This document shows, in pieces, positions 10,015-20,278 of a DNA stretch of 64,000 bases. The stretch covers positions 119 through 64,118 of the forward strand of contig JAJCYP010000115.1 in NCBI GenBank assembly GCA_029262855.1. The letters run 5' to 3'. A program made the translations under genes and the position numbers. Origin of the DNA: Bacteroidota bacterium. GTDB lineage: Bacteria > Bacteroidota > Rhodothermia > Rhodothermales > UBA10348. Each line of letters begins with the position of its first letter. Within the stretch, counting starts at the first letter, position 1. Below the pieces are notes generated by a model that was given only the letters and a program-made list of their open reading frames with translations, was not told the DNA's origin and searched no databases.

Positions 10015-11601
10015 TCAGGCCTTGGGTCCCGCGTTCCTTATCGCCTCCGAACTGCCGTCGGCAAACTGCTCGAAATTCTTCTGGAACAGACCAGCCAGCT
10101 TTCGTGCCGTCGCGTCGTACGCGGACTTGTCTGCCCAGGCATTCTGCGGCGTCAGCAGGCTCTGGGGTACACCTGGAACTGAAGTAGGCACGCCCACGCC
10201 AAAGATCGGGTCCGCGACCGTGCTCATGTCATCCAATTGCCCGGCATGAATGGCGTTGATGATCGCCCGCGTGTCCTTCAGGCTCATCCGCGTGCCTGTG
10301 CCGTAGGCCCCACCGGTCAGTCCGGTGTTTATGAGCCAGGCCTTGGCGTGGTGCTGCTCCATTTTTTGGGCAAGCAACTCCGCGTAACGGCTCGGGTGCA
10401 TGATCAGGAACGCAGCCCCGAATCCGGCTGAGAAGGTCGCCTGCGGCTCGGTGACGCCCATCTCGGTCCCGGCCACCTTGGCGGTATAGCCCGAGATGAA
10501 GTGGTACATCGCCTGCTCAGGCGTGAGCCGGCTAACCGGCGGGAGTACACCGAATGCGTCGTAAGTCAGAAAAATGATGTGGTTCGGATGCCCGCCCACA
10601 CAGGGAATCTTCGCGTTGTCGATGTATTCGATCGGGTACGAGGCCCGCGTGTTCTGCGTAATCGAGACGTCATCGTAGTCCACGACCCGCGTCTCGGCAT
10701 CGTAGACCACGTTCTCGAGCACCGTGCCGTAGCGAATGGCGCCGAAGATCTCCGGCTCCTTCTCGGCAGACAGACCGATGGCCTTTGCGTAGCAACCGCC
10801 CTCGATGTTGAACACCCCATCGTCCGACCAGCAATGCTCGTCATCGCCGATGAGGTGGCGATCCGCGTCCGCAGACAGCGTGGTCTTGCCGGTGCCGGAC
10901 AGACCGAAGAACAGCGAAACCGAGCCATCGTCTCCTTCATTCGCGCTGCAGTGCATGGACAGCACGCCCTGCTTCGGCATGATGTAGTGCATCACACTGA
11001 AGATGCCTTTCTTCATCTCGCCCGCGTACTCGGTGCCGAGGATCACGAACTCCTTGCGCTCGAAGCACAGGTCCACACTCGTCTTTGACGTCATGTGGCT
11101 GGTATGGCGGTTCGCCGGAAACTTGCCCGCGTTGTATACCACGTAGTCGGGATCGCCGAAGGTCTCCAGCTCCTCTGCCGTGGGCCTGATCAGCATGTTG
11201 TGCATGAACAGGGCATGGTAGGCCCGGGTGCAGATGATCCGGACTTTGATGCGGTATTTGGGGTCCCATCCTGCGAACCCGTCCATCACATAGATGCGAT
11301 CACAGGTATTCAGGAAGTCCACGGCCCGCTCGCGGTTTACATCGAACGTTCGCTCATCGAGCCGAACGTTAATCTTGCCCCACCAGATATCATCGCTGCT
11401 GGCTGGCAGATCCACGATCCGCTTGTCCGATGGGCTTCGGCCGGTCTTGGCACCGGATCGGATCATCAGCGCACCCGTGTTCGAGATGGCGGCTGTCCGA
11501 TCGTGATGGATGGCGTACTCGTAGAGCGCACCGGGAGGCGCGTTGCGAATCACCTCTGCCGTGTCGATGCCGTATTGCTTGAGATTGAATGATTCAGCCA
11601 T
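10015..11601 (-). CDS. pckA: Phosphoenolpyruvate carboxykinase (ATP)
   Basis: [47 protein letters not shown]; start taken at MAESFNLK. Confidence 0.97.
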   Translation of the reverse strand: MAESFNLKQYGIDTAEVIRNAPPGALYEYAIHHDRTAAISNTGALMIRSGAKTGRSPSDKRIVDLPASSDDIWWGKINVRLDERTFDVNRERAVDFLNTCDRIYVMDGFAGWDPKYRIKVRIICTRAYHALFMHNMLIRPTAEELETFGDPDYVVYNAGKFPANRHTSHMTSKTSVDLCFERKEFVILGTEYAGEMKKGIFSVMHYIMPKQGVLSMHCSANEGDDGSVSLFFGLSGTGKTTLSADADRHLIGDDEHCWSDDGVFNIEGGCYAKAIGLSAEKEPEIFGAIRYGTVLENVVYDAETRVVDYDDVSITQNTRASYPIEYIDNAKIPCVGGHPNHIIFLTYDAFGVLPPVSRLTPEQAMYHFISGYTAKVAGTEMGVTEPQATFSAGFGAAFLIMHPSRYAELLAQKMEQHHAKAWLINTGLTGGAYGTGTRMSLKDTRAIINAIHAGQLDDMSTVADPIFGVGVPTSVPGVPQSLLTPQNAWADKSAYDATARKLAGLFQKNFEQFADGSSEAIRNAGPKA

Positions 11602-11727
11602 TGCAAAGCAACTCTGTATGCATGATGTGGATCCGGTGGTAGCCCTTCCGGGGCAGCCCAACTCGAAAGCTAGCCACGCAGGTTTCGCACTTGGTGAAGA
11701 TGGTCGAAAAAGGCCGTGTTGTTTGCG

Positions 11728-13677
11728 TTATACGCGATTTTTCCGGTTGGCGATCAGTTCATCGACCACGGCCGGATCGGCCAGTGTGGAGATGTCTCCC
11801 AGATTGGCGTGCTCGTTGGCGGCAATCTTTCTCAGCAGGCGGCGCATGATTTTTCCGCTCCGTGTTTTCGGGAGTCCCGGCGAGAACTGGATGAAGTCCG
11901 GGCTGGCGATGGGCCCGATCTGCACCCGGACCTGGTGCACGAGCGCCCTTCGGAGATCATCCGAAACCTCGACCCCTGCGTTGAGGGTCACGTAGCAGTA
12001 GATGCCCTGCCCCTTGATCGAATGGGGATATCCGACCACCGCGGCTTCGGCCACGGACGCATGCGCGACGAGCGCACTTTCGACCTCGGCCGTGCCCATT
12101 CGGTGGCCAGAAACGTTGATCACGTCGTCCACGCGGCCGGTGATCCAGTAGTACCCGTCCCGGTCCCGCCGGGCGCCATCGCCCGTGAAGTACTGCCCTT
12201 CGAATGCGGTGAAATAGGTCTTGATGAATCGGGGGTGGTCCTTGTAAAGCGTTCTCGCCTGACCCGGCCAGGAGCCCGCAATGGTCAGCAGGCCCTCGGC
12301 CTCGCCTCGCAGCTCCTTTCCTTCGGCGCTCAGGATCATCGGCCGGATGCCGGGGAACGGCAGCGTGGCACTACCGGGCTTCGTATCGACGGCACCGGGC
12401 AGGGGCGTAATCATGATGCCGCCCGTCTCGGTCTGCCACCACGTATCGACGATGGGGCACCGGCCGTCTCCCACCACCTCGTGGTACCAGCGCCAGGCTT
12501 CGGGATTGATGGGCTCTCCGACCGTTCCCAGAAGACGGAGCGAGCTCCGACTGGTCTCTCTTACGAACTCGTCGCCCTGGCGCATGAGCGCGCGAATCGC
12601 GGTCGGGGCCGTGTAGAACTGATTGACCTCGTGGGCATCCACCACCTGCCAGAAACGCGATGCGTCGGGATAGGTGGGGACGCCTTCGAAGAACACCTGG
12701 GTCGCCCCGTTGAGCAGCGGGCCGTACACCATGTACGAATGCCCGGTAATCCACCCTACGTCGGCGGTGCACCAGAAGACATCGCCCTCGTGGTAATCAA
12801 ACACCAGTTCGTGGGTCAGCGAGGTATAGACCTGATAGCCGCCCGTGGTGTGAAGCACGCCCTTCGGTTTCCCGGTCGATCCGCTCGTGTACAGAATGAA
12901 GAGCGGGTCTTCGGCGTCCATGGGCTCGGCAGGGCATTCGGCACTGACCCGTTCACGGGCCTCGTGGTACCAGAGATCCCGGCCATCCTCCCAACCAACA
13001 TGGCCACCGCTACGGCGCACCACGACCACGGTGTCGACGTCAGGGCACTGCTTCAGCGCCTCGTCGGCATTTGACTTGAGGGGTACCCTCCCCCCGCCGC
13101 GGAGGCCCTCGTCGGCAGTCAGGAGCACCGTGGAATCGCAGTCCTTGATGCGATTCGCCAGCGCCTCGGGAGAGAATCCGGCAAACACAACCGAGTGGAC
13201 CGCTCCAATCCGCGCGCAGGCCAGCATGGCCACCGCCGCCTCGGGGATCATCGGCAGGTAGACGGTGACCCGGTCTCCCTTCTTGACGCCCCGCGATTTC
13301 AACACGTTCGCGAAGCGGCACACGTCCTCGTGGAGTTCGCCGTAGGTGACATGACGGGCCGCCTCGCTGGGATCGTCAGGCTCGAAGATCAACGCGGTCT
13401 GGTCCCGCCGAGTCTCCAGATGGCGATCCAGGCAATTGTAGGCTGCGTTGGTCTTTCCTCCCAGGTACCACTGGATCGAGACGCTATCTGATGCAAAAGA
13501 CACGTCCCGCACCTGCGTGAACGGCTCAAACCAGTCTATCCGTTTGGCCTGCTCAGCCCAGAACGAGTCGGGGTCGGCGACGCTTCGCCGGTACAGCGCA
13601 TCATAGGCCGCACGCGAACTCAGGTGGGCGCCGGCACGGAACGAAGATGGGGGCGGGTAAGACTTGGACATCGGCAC
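11728..13677 (-). CDS. acs: Acetyl-CoA synthetase
   Basis: [54 protein letters not shown]. Confidence 0.97.
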   Translation of the reverse strand: MPMSKSYPPPSSFRAGAHLSSRAAYDALYRRSVADPDSFWAEQAKRIDWFEPFTQVRDVSFASDSVSIQWYLGGKTNAAYNCLDRHLETRRDQTALIFEPDDPSEAARHVTYGELHEDVCRFANVLKSRGVKKGDRVTVYLPMIPEAAVAMLACARIGAVHSVVFAGFSPEALANRIKDCDSTVLLTADEGLRGGGRVPLKSNADEALKQCPDVDTVVVVRRSGGHVGWEDGRDLWYHEARERVSAECPAEPMDAEDPLFILYTSGSTGKPKGVLHTTGGYQVYTSLTHELVFDYHEGDVFWCTADVGWITGHSYMVYGPLLNGATQVFFEGVPTYPDASRFWQVVDAHEVNQFYTAPTAIRALMRQGDEFVRETSRSSLRLLGTVGEPINPEAWRWYHEVVGDGRCPIVDTWWQTETGGIMITPLPGAVDTKPGSATLPFPGIRPMILSAEGKELRGEAEGLLTIAGSWPGQARTLYKDHPRFIKTYFTAFEGQYFTGDGARRDRDGYYWITGRVDDVINVSGHRMGTAEVESALVAHASVAEAAVVGYPHSIKGQGIYCYVTLNAGVEVSDDLRRALVHQVRVQIGPIASPDFIQFSPGLPKTRSGKIMRRLLRKIAANEHANLGDISTLADPAVVDELIANRKNRV

Positions 13678-13967
13678 TCAGTTGGTGTCTCGGCAGAATA
13701 CTCCCGGCGGACGGTTGGACTCAAGCTTGGATAAGACTTGCCGGTGCGCGTGACGGGGGGTAATCTGAGCCTGAACTCGCCAGCTGGTCAGAGGCGGACG
13801 CAGCACCGGCCTCCCCCGAGGACTGAGAACGAATCAACGAGATCGGTCGAAGGTTTGCCGAATTGGGGGGCACCGGGGAATCAACTCCGATCCGGGGATC
13901 GGGAAAAGCGTAAGAATGGGCTATTGATTCGAATTGAACCGCAGTGCGGTTTATACAGCCAAGCAAC

Positions 13968-14678
13968 ATGAAGCGCGAACACCTCAATTGGTGGAGTCCG
14001 AGTCTGGGAAGACAGATGGAACTCCTGGCTTTCGGCTACGCAGGCATCCCCATCCTGGCCTTCCCCAGCAGCATGGGTCGCTATTTTGAATGGGAGGATT
14101 TCAAAATGGCCGAGGCGCTCAGCCATCAGTTGGAGAACGGATACAATCAGCTGATCTGCGTGGATTCGGTTGACTCCGAGTCGTTCTACAACAAGCATGT
14201 GGACCCATTCGTCCGCATCAAGCGCTATCAGCAGTACGAGGCCTACATCATCAGCGAGGTGGTGCCCTTCATCCGCGAGCGTAGCGAGAACGGGTTCATC
14301 ATCGCGGCGGGTGCCAGTTTCGGCGCGTATCACGCCAGCAACATGGTGTTCAAGCATCCCCATCTCTTTGGGAAGCTGATCGCGCTCAGCGGTGCGTTTG
14401 ACATCAAGTCCTTCATGGACGGTTTTTATAACAACGATGTCTATTTCAACAACCCGATTGACTACATGTCCGGACTCGGCGACGCGGACATGATCAAGGC
14501 CATCGATGCCAATTCGATCGTGCTTACTATTGGAGAAGGCGACCCCTGCAAGGAGGCAAATTTCTCGATGAGCCGCATCCTCGACGCCAAAGGCATCAGC
14601 CACAACCTGGATATGACGCCCGGATTCGGCCACGACTGGCCCTTCTGGCGGGATCTCATTCGCAAACACGTCGCCTGA
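13968..14678 (+). CDS. Esterase family alpha/beta hydrolase
   Basis: WWSPSLGRQMEL N-terminus, GASFG nucleophile elbow, GHDWPFW catalytic His; start taken at MKREHL. Confidence 0.85.
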   Translation: MKREHLNWWSPSLGRQMELLAFGYAGIPILAFPSSMGRYFEWEDFKMAEALSHQLENGYNQLICVDSVDSESFYNKHVDPFVRIKRYQQYEAYIISEVVPFIRERSENGFIIAAGASFGAYHASNMVFKHPHLFGKLIALSGAFDIKSFMDGFYNNDVYFNNPIDYMSGLGDADMIKAIDANSIVLTIGEGDPCKEANFSMSRILDAKGISHNLDMTPGFGHDWPFWRDLIRKHVA

Positions 14679-14701
14679 ACAGGCCGAGAAGACCAGCAAC
14701 C

Positions 14702-15664
14702 ATGGCGAAGAAGCAGCAGCAAAAGAAGAAGACCAACCGCCGCATCGGCATCCTCCGCGGGATGGAGACCACGTTCCCCGATGCCCTGATACCGTACATC
14801 AACGAGACCTACGGGCATCTCGGCGTGAAGGCGGACTTCGTGATGCTGGACAGTATCACGACGGATTCCGAGCGGGAGTACGACGTCATTCTCGACCGGA
14901 TCTCGCACGAAGTGCCTTTCTACCGATCGTTCCTCAAGTGGACCGCGATCAAGGGCACGTACGTGGTGAACAACCCCTTCTGGTGGAGTGCCGATGACAA
15001 GTTCATCGACAATCTTATCGCCGAGGAGGTCAAGGTTGCCGTACCCAGGTCGGCCATCGTCCCCCACAAGGACCATCCGCCGAATACGCAGGCCGCCTCC
15101 TTCCGCAATCTGAAGTATCCCATCAACTGGGATTCTCTGTTCGAATATATCGGCTGGCCGGCCTTCCTGAAGCCGCATGATGGTGGCGGATGGCGCGGTG
15201 TCACCCGCTGTGAAACGCCGCAGGAGGTGTTCGATGCCTACGACGAGTCTGGCGACGATTGCATGATGCTCCAGGAGGGCATCGAGTTCGAGTCCTATTT
15301 CCGCTGCTACTGTGTTGGTCAGAAGGAAGTCCGCATCATGCGGTACAACCCGCTCGCAGAGCCACACCGGCGGTATCACGATGTGCCAACCGAGCCCATT
15401 TTTCCGGATCTGTACAAGAAGATCGAGCGCGACGTCCTGGCCATCTGCACGGTGCTCGGCTACGACCTGAACACGGTGGAATTTGCCGTGCGTGACGGAG
15501 TCCCGTACGCGATAGACTTCATGAATCCGGCTCCCGACGCGGACTACCACGCCGTCGGACTTGAGAACTTCGAGTGGATCGTCAAGACCATGGCCGAGTT
15601 CCTGGTCAAGAAGGCTCGCCAGCCCAACCGGAAGCGTCAGTGGTCCGGGACAATCATCGACTAA
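14702..15664 (+). CDS. ATP-grasp amide/peptide ligase (RimK/glutathione synthetase-like)
   Basis: DDKF, FLKPHDGGGWRGV, MLQEGI, VEFAVRDGVPYAIDFMNP. Confidence 0.85.
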   Translation: MAKKQQQKKKTNRRIGILRGMETTFPDALIPYINETYGHLGVKADFVMLDSITTDSEREYDVILDRISHEVPFYRSFLKWTAIKGTYVVNNPFWWSADDKFIDNLIAEEVKVAVPRSAIVPHKDHPPNTQAASFRNLKYPINWDSLFEYIGWPAFLKPHDGGGWRGVTRCETPQEVFDAYDESGDDCMMLQEGIEFESYFRCYCVGQKEVRIMRYNPLAEPHRRYHDVPTEPIFPDLYKKIERDVLAICTVLGYDLNTVEFAVRDGVPYAIDFMNPAPDADYHAVGLENFEWIVKTMAEFLVKKARQPNRKRQWSGTIID

Positions 15665-15685
15665 TGTCCTACGGAGCTTCCGCGC

Positions 15686-17044
15686 ATGCGAGCTGACATC
15701 ACACCGGCCATCGCCTACTATCACAGCCTGATCGAGAAGGATCTGGCTGGTGCTGACGACCAGCTCAAGCAGCTGGTCGGGCTGCAGCACGACCGGCGGG
15801 CCATGTTCGGTGACCGGCCGATGTCGCATAGCCTTCGCCCGACATTTCTGGCGGATACGATGTACTCCGAAGTCCAGGACACGGTCTACCTGATTCGGCA
15901 GGCGGTTCTGCGCATCGCGGCCCGGTTCTTTGCGGACCCGACCCTGCTCCGGGAGGAGTTGGGACTTCAGGAGTGGGAAATCGAACTCGCCTCGATTCCG
16001 ACCAACGTCATCCGGCTGTCGGCGACGTCGCGGATGGACTCCTTCCTGACGAAGGACTCGTTCAAGTTCGTCGAGATCAACGGGGAGTCCCCGGCCGGCA
16101 TCGCGTACATCCACGAACTGGCCGCGATCTACCGCGAGCTGCCGGTCTTCCGGGAGTTCACCAAGCGGTACCCGGTCCGATTCGTCTCGCCGCTCTTCCA
16201 CACGGTGGATGGGCTCCTGCGGGCATATCACGAGGAATTTGAGGGCACCGAAGAGCGGCCGACCTTCGCGATCGTGGATCACCTGGACGTGCCCACCATC
16301 CACGAATTCCACCTGGTCAAGGAGTACCTCGAACGCGTGGGAATGGAATGCGAAATCTGCGCCCCTCAGGAGCTTGAGTGCAAGGATGGATGGATCTACG
16401 CCAATGGCAAGAAGATCGATATCCTGTATCGGCGCCTGCTCCTGAATGAGTACTACGCCATGCGGGACGAATGCCCTGCCTTCCTGGAGGGCTACAAGGC
16501 CCAGAAGACGTGTTACCTGAATACGTTCAGGACCAAGCTCGTCCACAAGAAGGCGCTGTTCGCCATTCTGACGGATTCGAAATACACAGACTTCCTGTCG
16601 CCCGAACAGAAGTACGCCATCGGAGCCCATATTCCCTGGACGCGGCTACTTCGTCCCGAGCGGACGTCGTTCCGCGGCCTGCCGATTGATCTGGTAGAGT
16701 TCGTCCGTGCGAACCGACAGTTCTTCGTCCTCAAGCCGAACGACGAGTACGGCGGAACGGGCGTATCCCTCGGTTTTGCGTCCACCCAGTCAGAATGGGA
16801 TGACGCAATTGCCATCGGACTCAGGGATCGGCATGTCGTGCAGGAGACGGTGGATATTCATCGCGAGCCGTTCCTGATGCAGACCGGGTCGGACTGGAAG
16901 TCTGTGCCGTCGGTCATCGACCTGGATCCGTACCTGAACGGACCGCTTCTGGGTGGCTGCCTCACCCGTACGTCGGCCACCAACCTGGCGAACGTAACCG
17001 CCGGCGGCGGGACCCTTCCCATGTTCATCCTGCGTTACCACTGA
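15686..17044 (+). CDS. Circularly permuted ATP-grasp ligase (CP-ATP-grasp type 2-like)
   Basis: RMD...FKFVEINGESPAG lies N-terminal to DILYRR, IPWTR, VLKPNDEYGGTGV, VVQE and a terminal ANVTAGGG, i.e. the permuted motif order. Confidence 0.82.
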   Translation: MRADITPAIAYYHSLIEKDLAGADDQLKQLVGLQHDRRAMFGDRPMSHSLRPTFLADTMYSEVQDTVYLIRQAVLRIAARFFADPTLLREELGLQEWEIELASIPTNVIRLSATSRMDSFLTKDSFKFVEINGESPAGIAYIHELAAIYRELPVFREFTKRYPVRFVSPLFHTVDGLLRAYHEEFEGTEERPTFAIVDHLDVPTIHEFHLVKEYLERVGMECEICAPQELECKDGWIYANGKKIDILYRRLLLNEYYAMRDECPAFLEGYKAQKTCYLNTFRTKLVHKKALFAILTDSKYTDFLSPEQKYAIGAHIPWTRLLRPERTSFRGLPIDLVEFVRANRQFFVLKPNDEYGGTGVSLGFASTQSEWDDAIAIGLRDRHVVQETVDIHREPFLMQTGSDWKSVPSVIDLDPYLNGPLLGGCLTRTSATNLANVTAGGGTLPMFILRYH

Positions 17045-17084
17045 GTTCGCAGTCCACCCTGCCTGACACCAGACGGAATTATCG

Positions 17085-17939
17085 ATGGCGCTTTCGCCGC
17101 TGCGCATTGCAGTAATTGATCTCTACAATCGTTTTCCGGGCGAGGGCATGCGGGCCATCCGCGAGCTCCTTGAGGCGAACGAGCACCTGGCCGGCGAGGC
17201 CGGATTCGAGGTAGAGATTTTCGAGACCCGGTTCGACGGGTCGATTCCCGACACCTCGTTCGACGTCTATATCTCTACCGGTGGGCCGGGGAGTCCCTTT
17301 GACGGTCAGGGTCAGGACTGGGAGAAGCGGTACTTCGATTGGCTGGACGCCATTCGCGCGCACAACACCACGCCGGGAAATACACCGCGCAGCGTGCTGT
17401 TCATCTGCCACTCCTTCCAGATGATGGTGCGCCACTTCGGTCTCGGATCCGTGATCCCCCGCGGAAGCCGCTCGTTCGGAATCTTCCCTGTGCACCCCAC
17501 GGCAACCGGCCTCCGCGATCCGCTTTTTGACGGGATTGGGAATCCTTTTTTTGCGGCGGATTTTCGCGACTGGCAGGTGGTTCAGCCCAACATGGAGGCC
17601 ATCGAGGAATTGGGCGGCTCGGTGCTCGCCATCGAAAAAAGGCGTGACAATGTGCCACTGGAGCGGGCCGTGATGGCGATTCGGGTTTCGCCGCACCTTG
17701 TCGGAGTACAGTTTCACCCCGAGGCCGACCCTCCGGGTATGGGCCGCCACTTCCGCAAGCCGACCCTCGAAGACAAGATTGTCATGGAGCACGGCAAGGA
17801 GAAGTATGACCGCATTCTGAAGCGCCTGGATGACCCGGCCTTCCTCAAACGGACCCATGACGCCGTGATACCGCGATTCCTTCGCGACGCTGTGGCCAAA
17901 TCCAGACCGGAACTGGCCGCGGTCCTGCGGGGAGCGTAG
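17085..17939 (+). CDS. Class I glutamine amidotransferase-like protein
   Basis: STGGPGSP oxyanion strand, ICHSFQ nucleophile Cys, GVQFHPE His-Glu. Confidence 0.88.
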   Translation: MALSPLRIAVIDLYNRFPGEGMRAIRELLEANEHLAGEAGFEVEIFETRFDGSIPDTSFDVYISTGGPGSPFDGQGQDWEKRYFDWLDAIRAHNTTPGNTPRSVLFICHSFQMMVRHFGLGSVIPRGSRSFGIFPVHPTATGLRDPLFDGIGNPFFAADFRDWQVVQPNMEAIEELGGSVLAIEKRRDNVPLERAVMAIRVSPHLVGVQFHPEADPPGMGRHFRKPTLEDKIVMEHGKEKYDRILKRLDDPAFLKRTHDAVIPRFLRDAVAKSRPELAAVLRGA

Positions 17940-18289
17940 TGACCCGCTTCGATCATCCCGAAGAGCCAGACTATGAGGTACTGGTCGAGGAGGTCGTTGA
18001 CAGCGAAGTGCGACCCATCCACGTGCCGCCCTACCACGTGATCCTGTTCGATGACGACTCGCACACGTACGAGTACGTCATCGAAATGCTCATCGACATC
18101 TTCGGGCACTCGCTGGAGCGGGCCTTCACCATGGCCCGGAAGGTCGACGCCGCGGGTTGGGTGGTGGTAGACACGACTACCCGGGAACGGGCCGAGCTGA
18201 AGCGCGACCAGATCCACGCCTATGGCGCTGACTGGCGGATAGAGCACTGCAAAGGGTCGATGTCGGCCACGGTAGAAGAGGCAGAATAG
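17939..18289 (+). CDS. clpS: ATP-dependent Clp protease adaptor ClpS (divergent pocket)
   Basis: PPYHVILFDDDSHTYEYVIEML..IFG..LERA...AELK, ending in SATVE; GTG start shares a base with the upstream TAG. Confidence 0.85.
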   Translation: MTRFDHPEEPDYEVLVEEVVDSEVRPIHVPPYHVILFDDDSHTYEYVIEMLIDIFGHSLERAFTMARKVDAAGWVVVDTTTRERAELKRDQIHAYGADWRIEHCKGSMSATVEEAE

Positions 18290-18384
18290 AGACCTTGGGG
18301 CCTTTTGGGCGGTTATTCTCAGTGACCCGGGTCGGGAGGCTCTATCTTGGGACGTTGCAGTAACCAACCAAAATGGGGGGAATC

Positions 18385-18606
18385 ATGGGTACCAAGAGTA
18401 TTGTAGGCATCGTGCTGATTGTCGTCGGCATTCTCGGGTTCGTGTTCGGAGGCATTCCATTCACATCACAGGAGACCATCGTGGATATCGGGCCGCTCGA
18501 AATGACGGCCGAACAGGACAAGACGTTTCCGCTCGCTCCGATCGCGTCGGGCCTCATCCTGATCGGCGGGGTCTATCTGGTGGCAACCGGCAGAAAAGAA
18601 GGCTGA
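18385..18606 (+). CDS. Small 2-TM membrane protein (DUF3185-like)
   Basis: IVGIVLIVVG...VDIGPLE...PLAPIASGLILIGG; an alternative start at 18373 is possible. Confidence 0.7.
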   Translation: MGTKSIVGIVLIVVGILGFVFGGIPFTSQETIVDIGPLEMTAEQDKTFPLAPIASGLILIGGVYLVATGRKEG

Positions 18607-18736
18607 GTCCAAGGGGCAGCGCCCCTTCACCACCGGATCATGCTCTACCGGCCTCACCCGCGTCTCCTCCCCCCGAGGCGCGGGTGAATCCTTTTCAGGG
18701 CTGATCCGTCTTCTGATGTAGCCCAACCCGACCCCT

Positions 18737-20278
18737 ATGCGCCGGATTCTACCCGCCCTTTTGATGACGCTCCTGATTGGCCCGGCCCGGGGCCAGTCTT
18801 CCAGTGTGGTGGAAGCCATCTACCAGGAAGGTACCGAGCGGTCCCAAATCGTGGACCTGGCGCAGTACCTGGCGGACGTCATCGGGCCGCGATTGACCGC
18901 TTCACCCGGCCACGAGCGGGCCATTGACTGGGCGATGGCACAGCTTGGCAATTGGGGAATCAGCTCCACACGCGAAGCGCAGGGCACATGGCGGAGTTGG
19001 CGGCGCGGACTGGTGAGCCTCGATCTCATTGAGCCGCGCCTTCGATCACTCGAAGGCCAGCTATTGTCCTGGAGTCCAGGGACGGAAGGATCCGTCGAGG
19101 GGGGTGTGATCACGCTGCCCGACCTGCGTGGTGCCGAGCAGTTCCGCAACTGGCTGGCGATGGCGGAGGGCCAGTTCGTCCTGCTCTCAGCCTACGAGCC
19201 TACTTGTCGACCAGCGGCCGTTTGGGAGGAATACGGAGGCGCCGCCGCCCGTTCCGAGTTTGAGGCCCGAAGAAAGGCCGCTCGGGATGCATGGCAGACT
19301 CGCGTCAGTAATCTCGGACTCACCAATCAGGAGATCGTCGACGAGTTGGAAGCGGCCGGAGTCGCGGGCTTCTTCACCAACCTGTGGACCGGCGAGCGAG
19401 GGACTGACCGGGTATTTCCCCTTTCGTACTCATTCCGCGGCGCCATGAATCACCGGGCCGCCGCGTTCAATCTGAGCTGCGAGGACTACGGACTCCTGTA
19501 CCGACTCGCCGAGAGAGGTCAAGGGCCGGTGGTTCGGGCGTACGGGGAGGCAGAACATCTGGGTGAAACCGCGGCCCACAACCTGATCGCCGTGATCCCT
19601 GGCAGGGAGTTGCCGGGCGAATACGTGCTGCTCTCCGCGCATTTCGATGCGTGGGACGGTTCGAGTGGCATGACCGATAACGGGACGGGAAGCGTCACCA
19701 TGATGGAGGCGGCCCGCATTCTGAAGCTGCATTATCCCAACCCCCGACGCACGATCATTGTCGGCCTCTGGAGCGGCGAGGAGCAGGGACTCAACGGATC
19801 GAGAGCCTATGCAGCCGATCATCCGGAGGTGATCGATGGGCTGCAGGCCCTGTTCAATCAGGACAACGGCACCGGGCGCATCGCACGCATCGACATGCAG
19901 GGGCTGACTGGTGCCCTACCGCACTTCAAGCGCTGGTTCAACCGGATTCCTCGCGGTCTGGTCGAGGGCATCGAACTCGTCGCCCCCGGATCACCTGGGC
20001 AGGCCGGATCTGACTATGTCAGCTTTGTCTGCGCGGGTGCACCGGCTTTCAACCTGGCCTCCGACGAGTTTGACTATCGCGACGGAACGTGGCACACCAA
20101 TCGCGACACGTTTGACAAGATCTCTCCCGACGATCTTCGCGACAATGCGACGCTGGTTGCGCTTCTGGCCTACCTGGCAGCGGAGGGCGAACGGTTGCCG
20201 CGCGCGCGTGACTCCCGCGATGAATGGCCGACGTGCCAACTCCCCGACCGATCCACCGGCGACCGATTCCGGGAGTAG
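18737..20278 (+). CDS. Exported M28 family metallopeptidase (carboxypeptidase Q-like), copy 1
   Basis: Signal peptide; [42 protein letters not shown] zinc-ligand motifs. Confidence 0.9.
   Translation: MRRILPALLMTLLIGPARGQSSSVVEAIYQEGTERSQIVDLAQYLADVIGPRLTASPGHERAIDWAMAQLGNWGISSTREAQGTWRSWRRGLVSLDLIEPRLRSLEGQLLSWSPGTEGSVEGGVITLPDLRGAEQFRNWLAMAEGQFVLLSAYEPTCRPAAVWEEYGGAAARSEFEARRKAARDAWQTRVSNLGLTNQEIVDELEAAGVAGFFTNLWTGERGTDRVFPLSYSFRGAMNHRAAAFNLSCEDYGLLYRLAERGQGPVVRAYGEAEHLGETAAHNLIAVIPGRELPGEYVLLSAHFDAWDGSSGMTDNGTGSVTMMEAARILKLHYPNPRRTIIVGLWSGEEQGLNGSRAYAADHPEVIDGLQALFNQDNGTGRIARIDMQGLTGALPHFKRWFNRIPRGLVEGIELVAPGSPGQAGSDYVSFVCAGAPAFNLASDEFDYRDGTWHTNRDTFDKISPDDLRDNATLVALLAYLAAEGERLPRARDSRDEWPTCQLPDRSTGDRFRE

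Noticed and set aside
11716-16630. Long antisense ORFs (e.g. 11716..13074 +, 14462..16630 -; likewise 2804..3967, 24592..26067, 35871..37442)
   Set aside because: They lie opposite well-supported genes, carry no recognisable motifs, and are expected shadows in high-GC coding DNA
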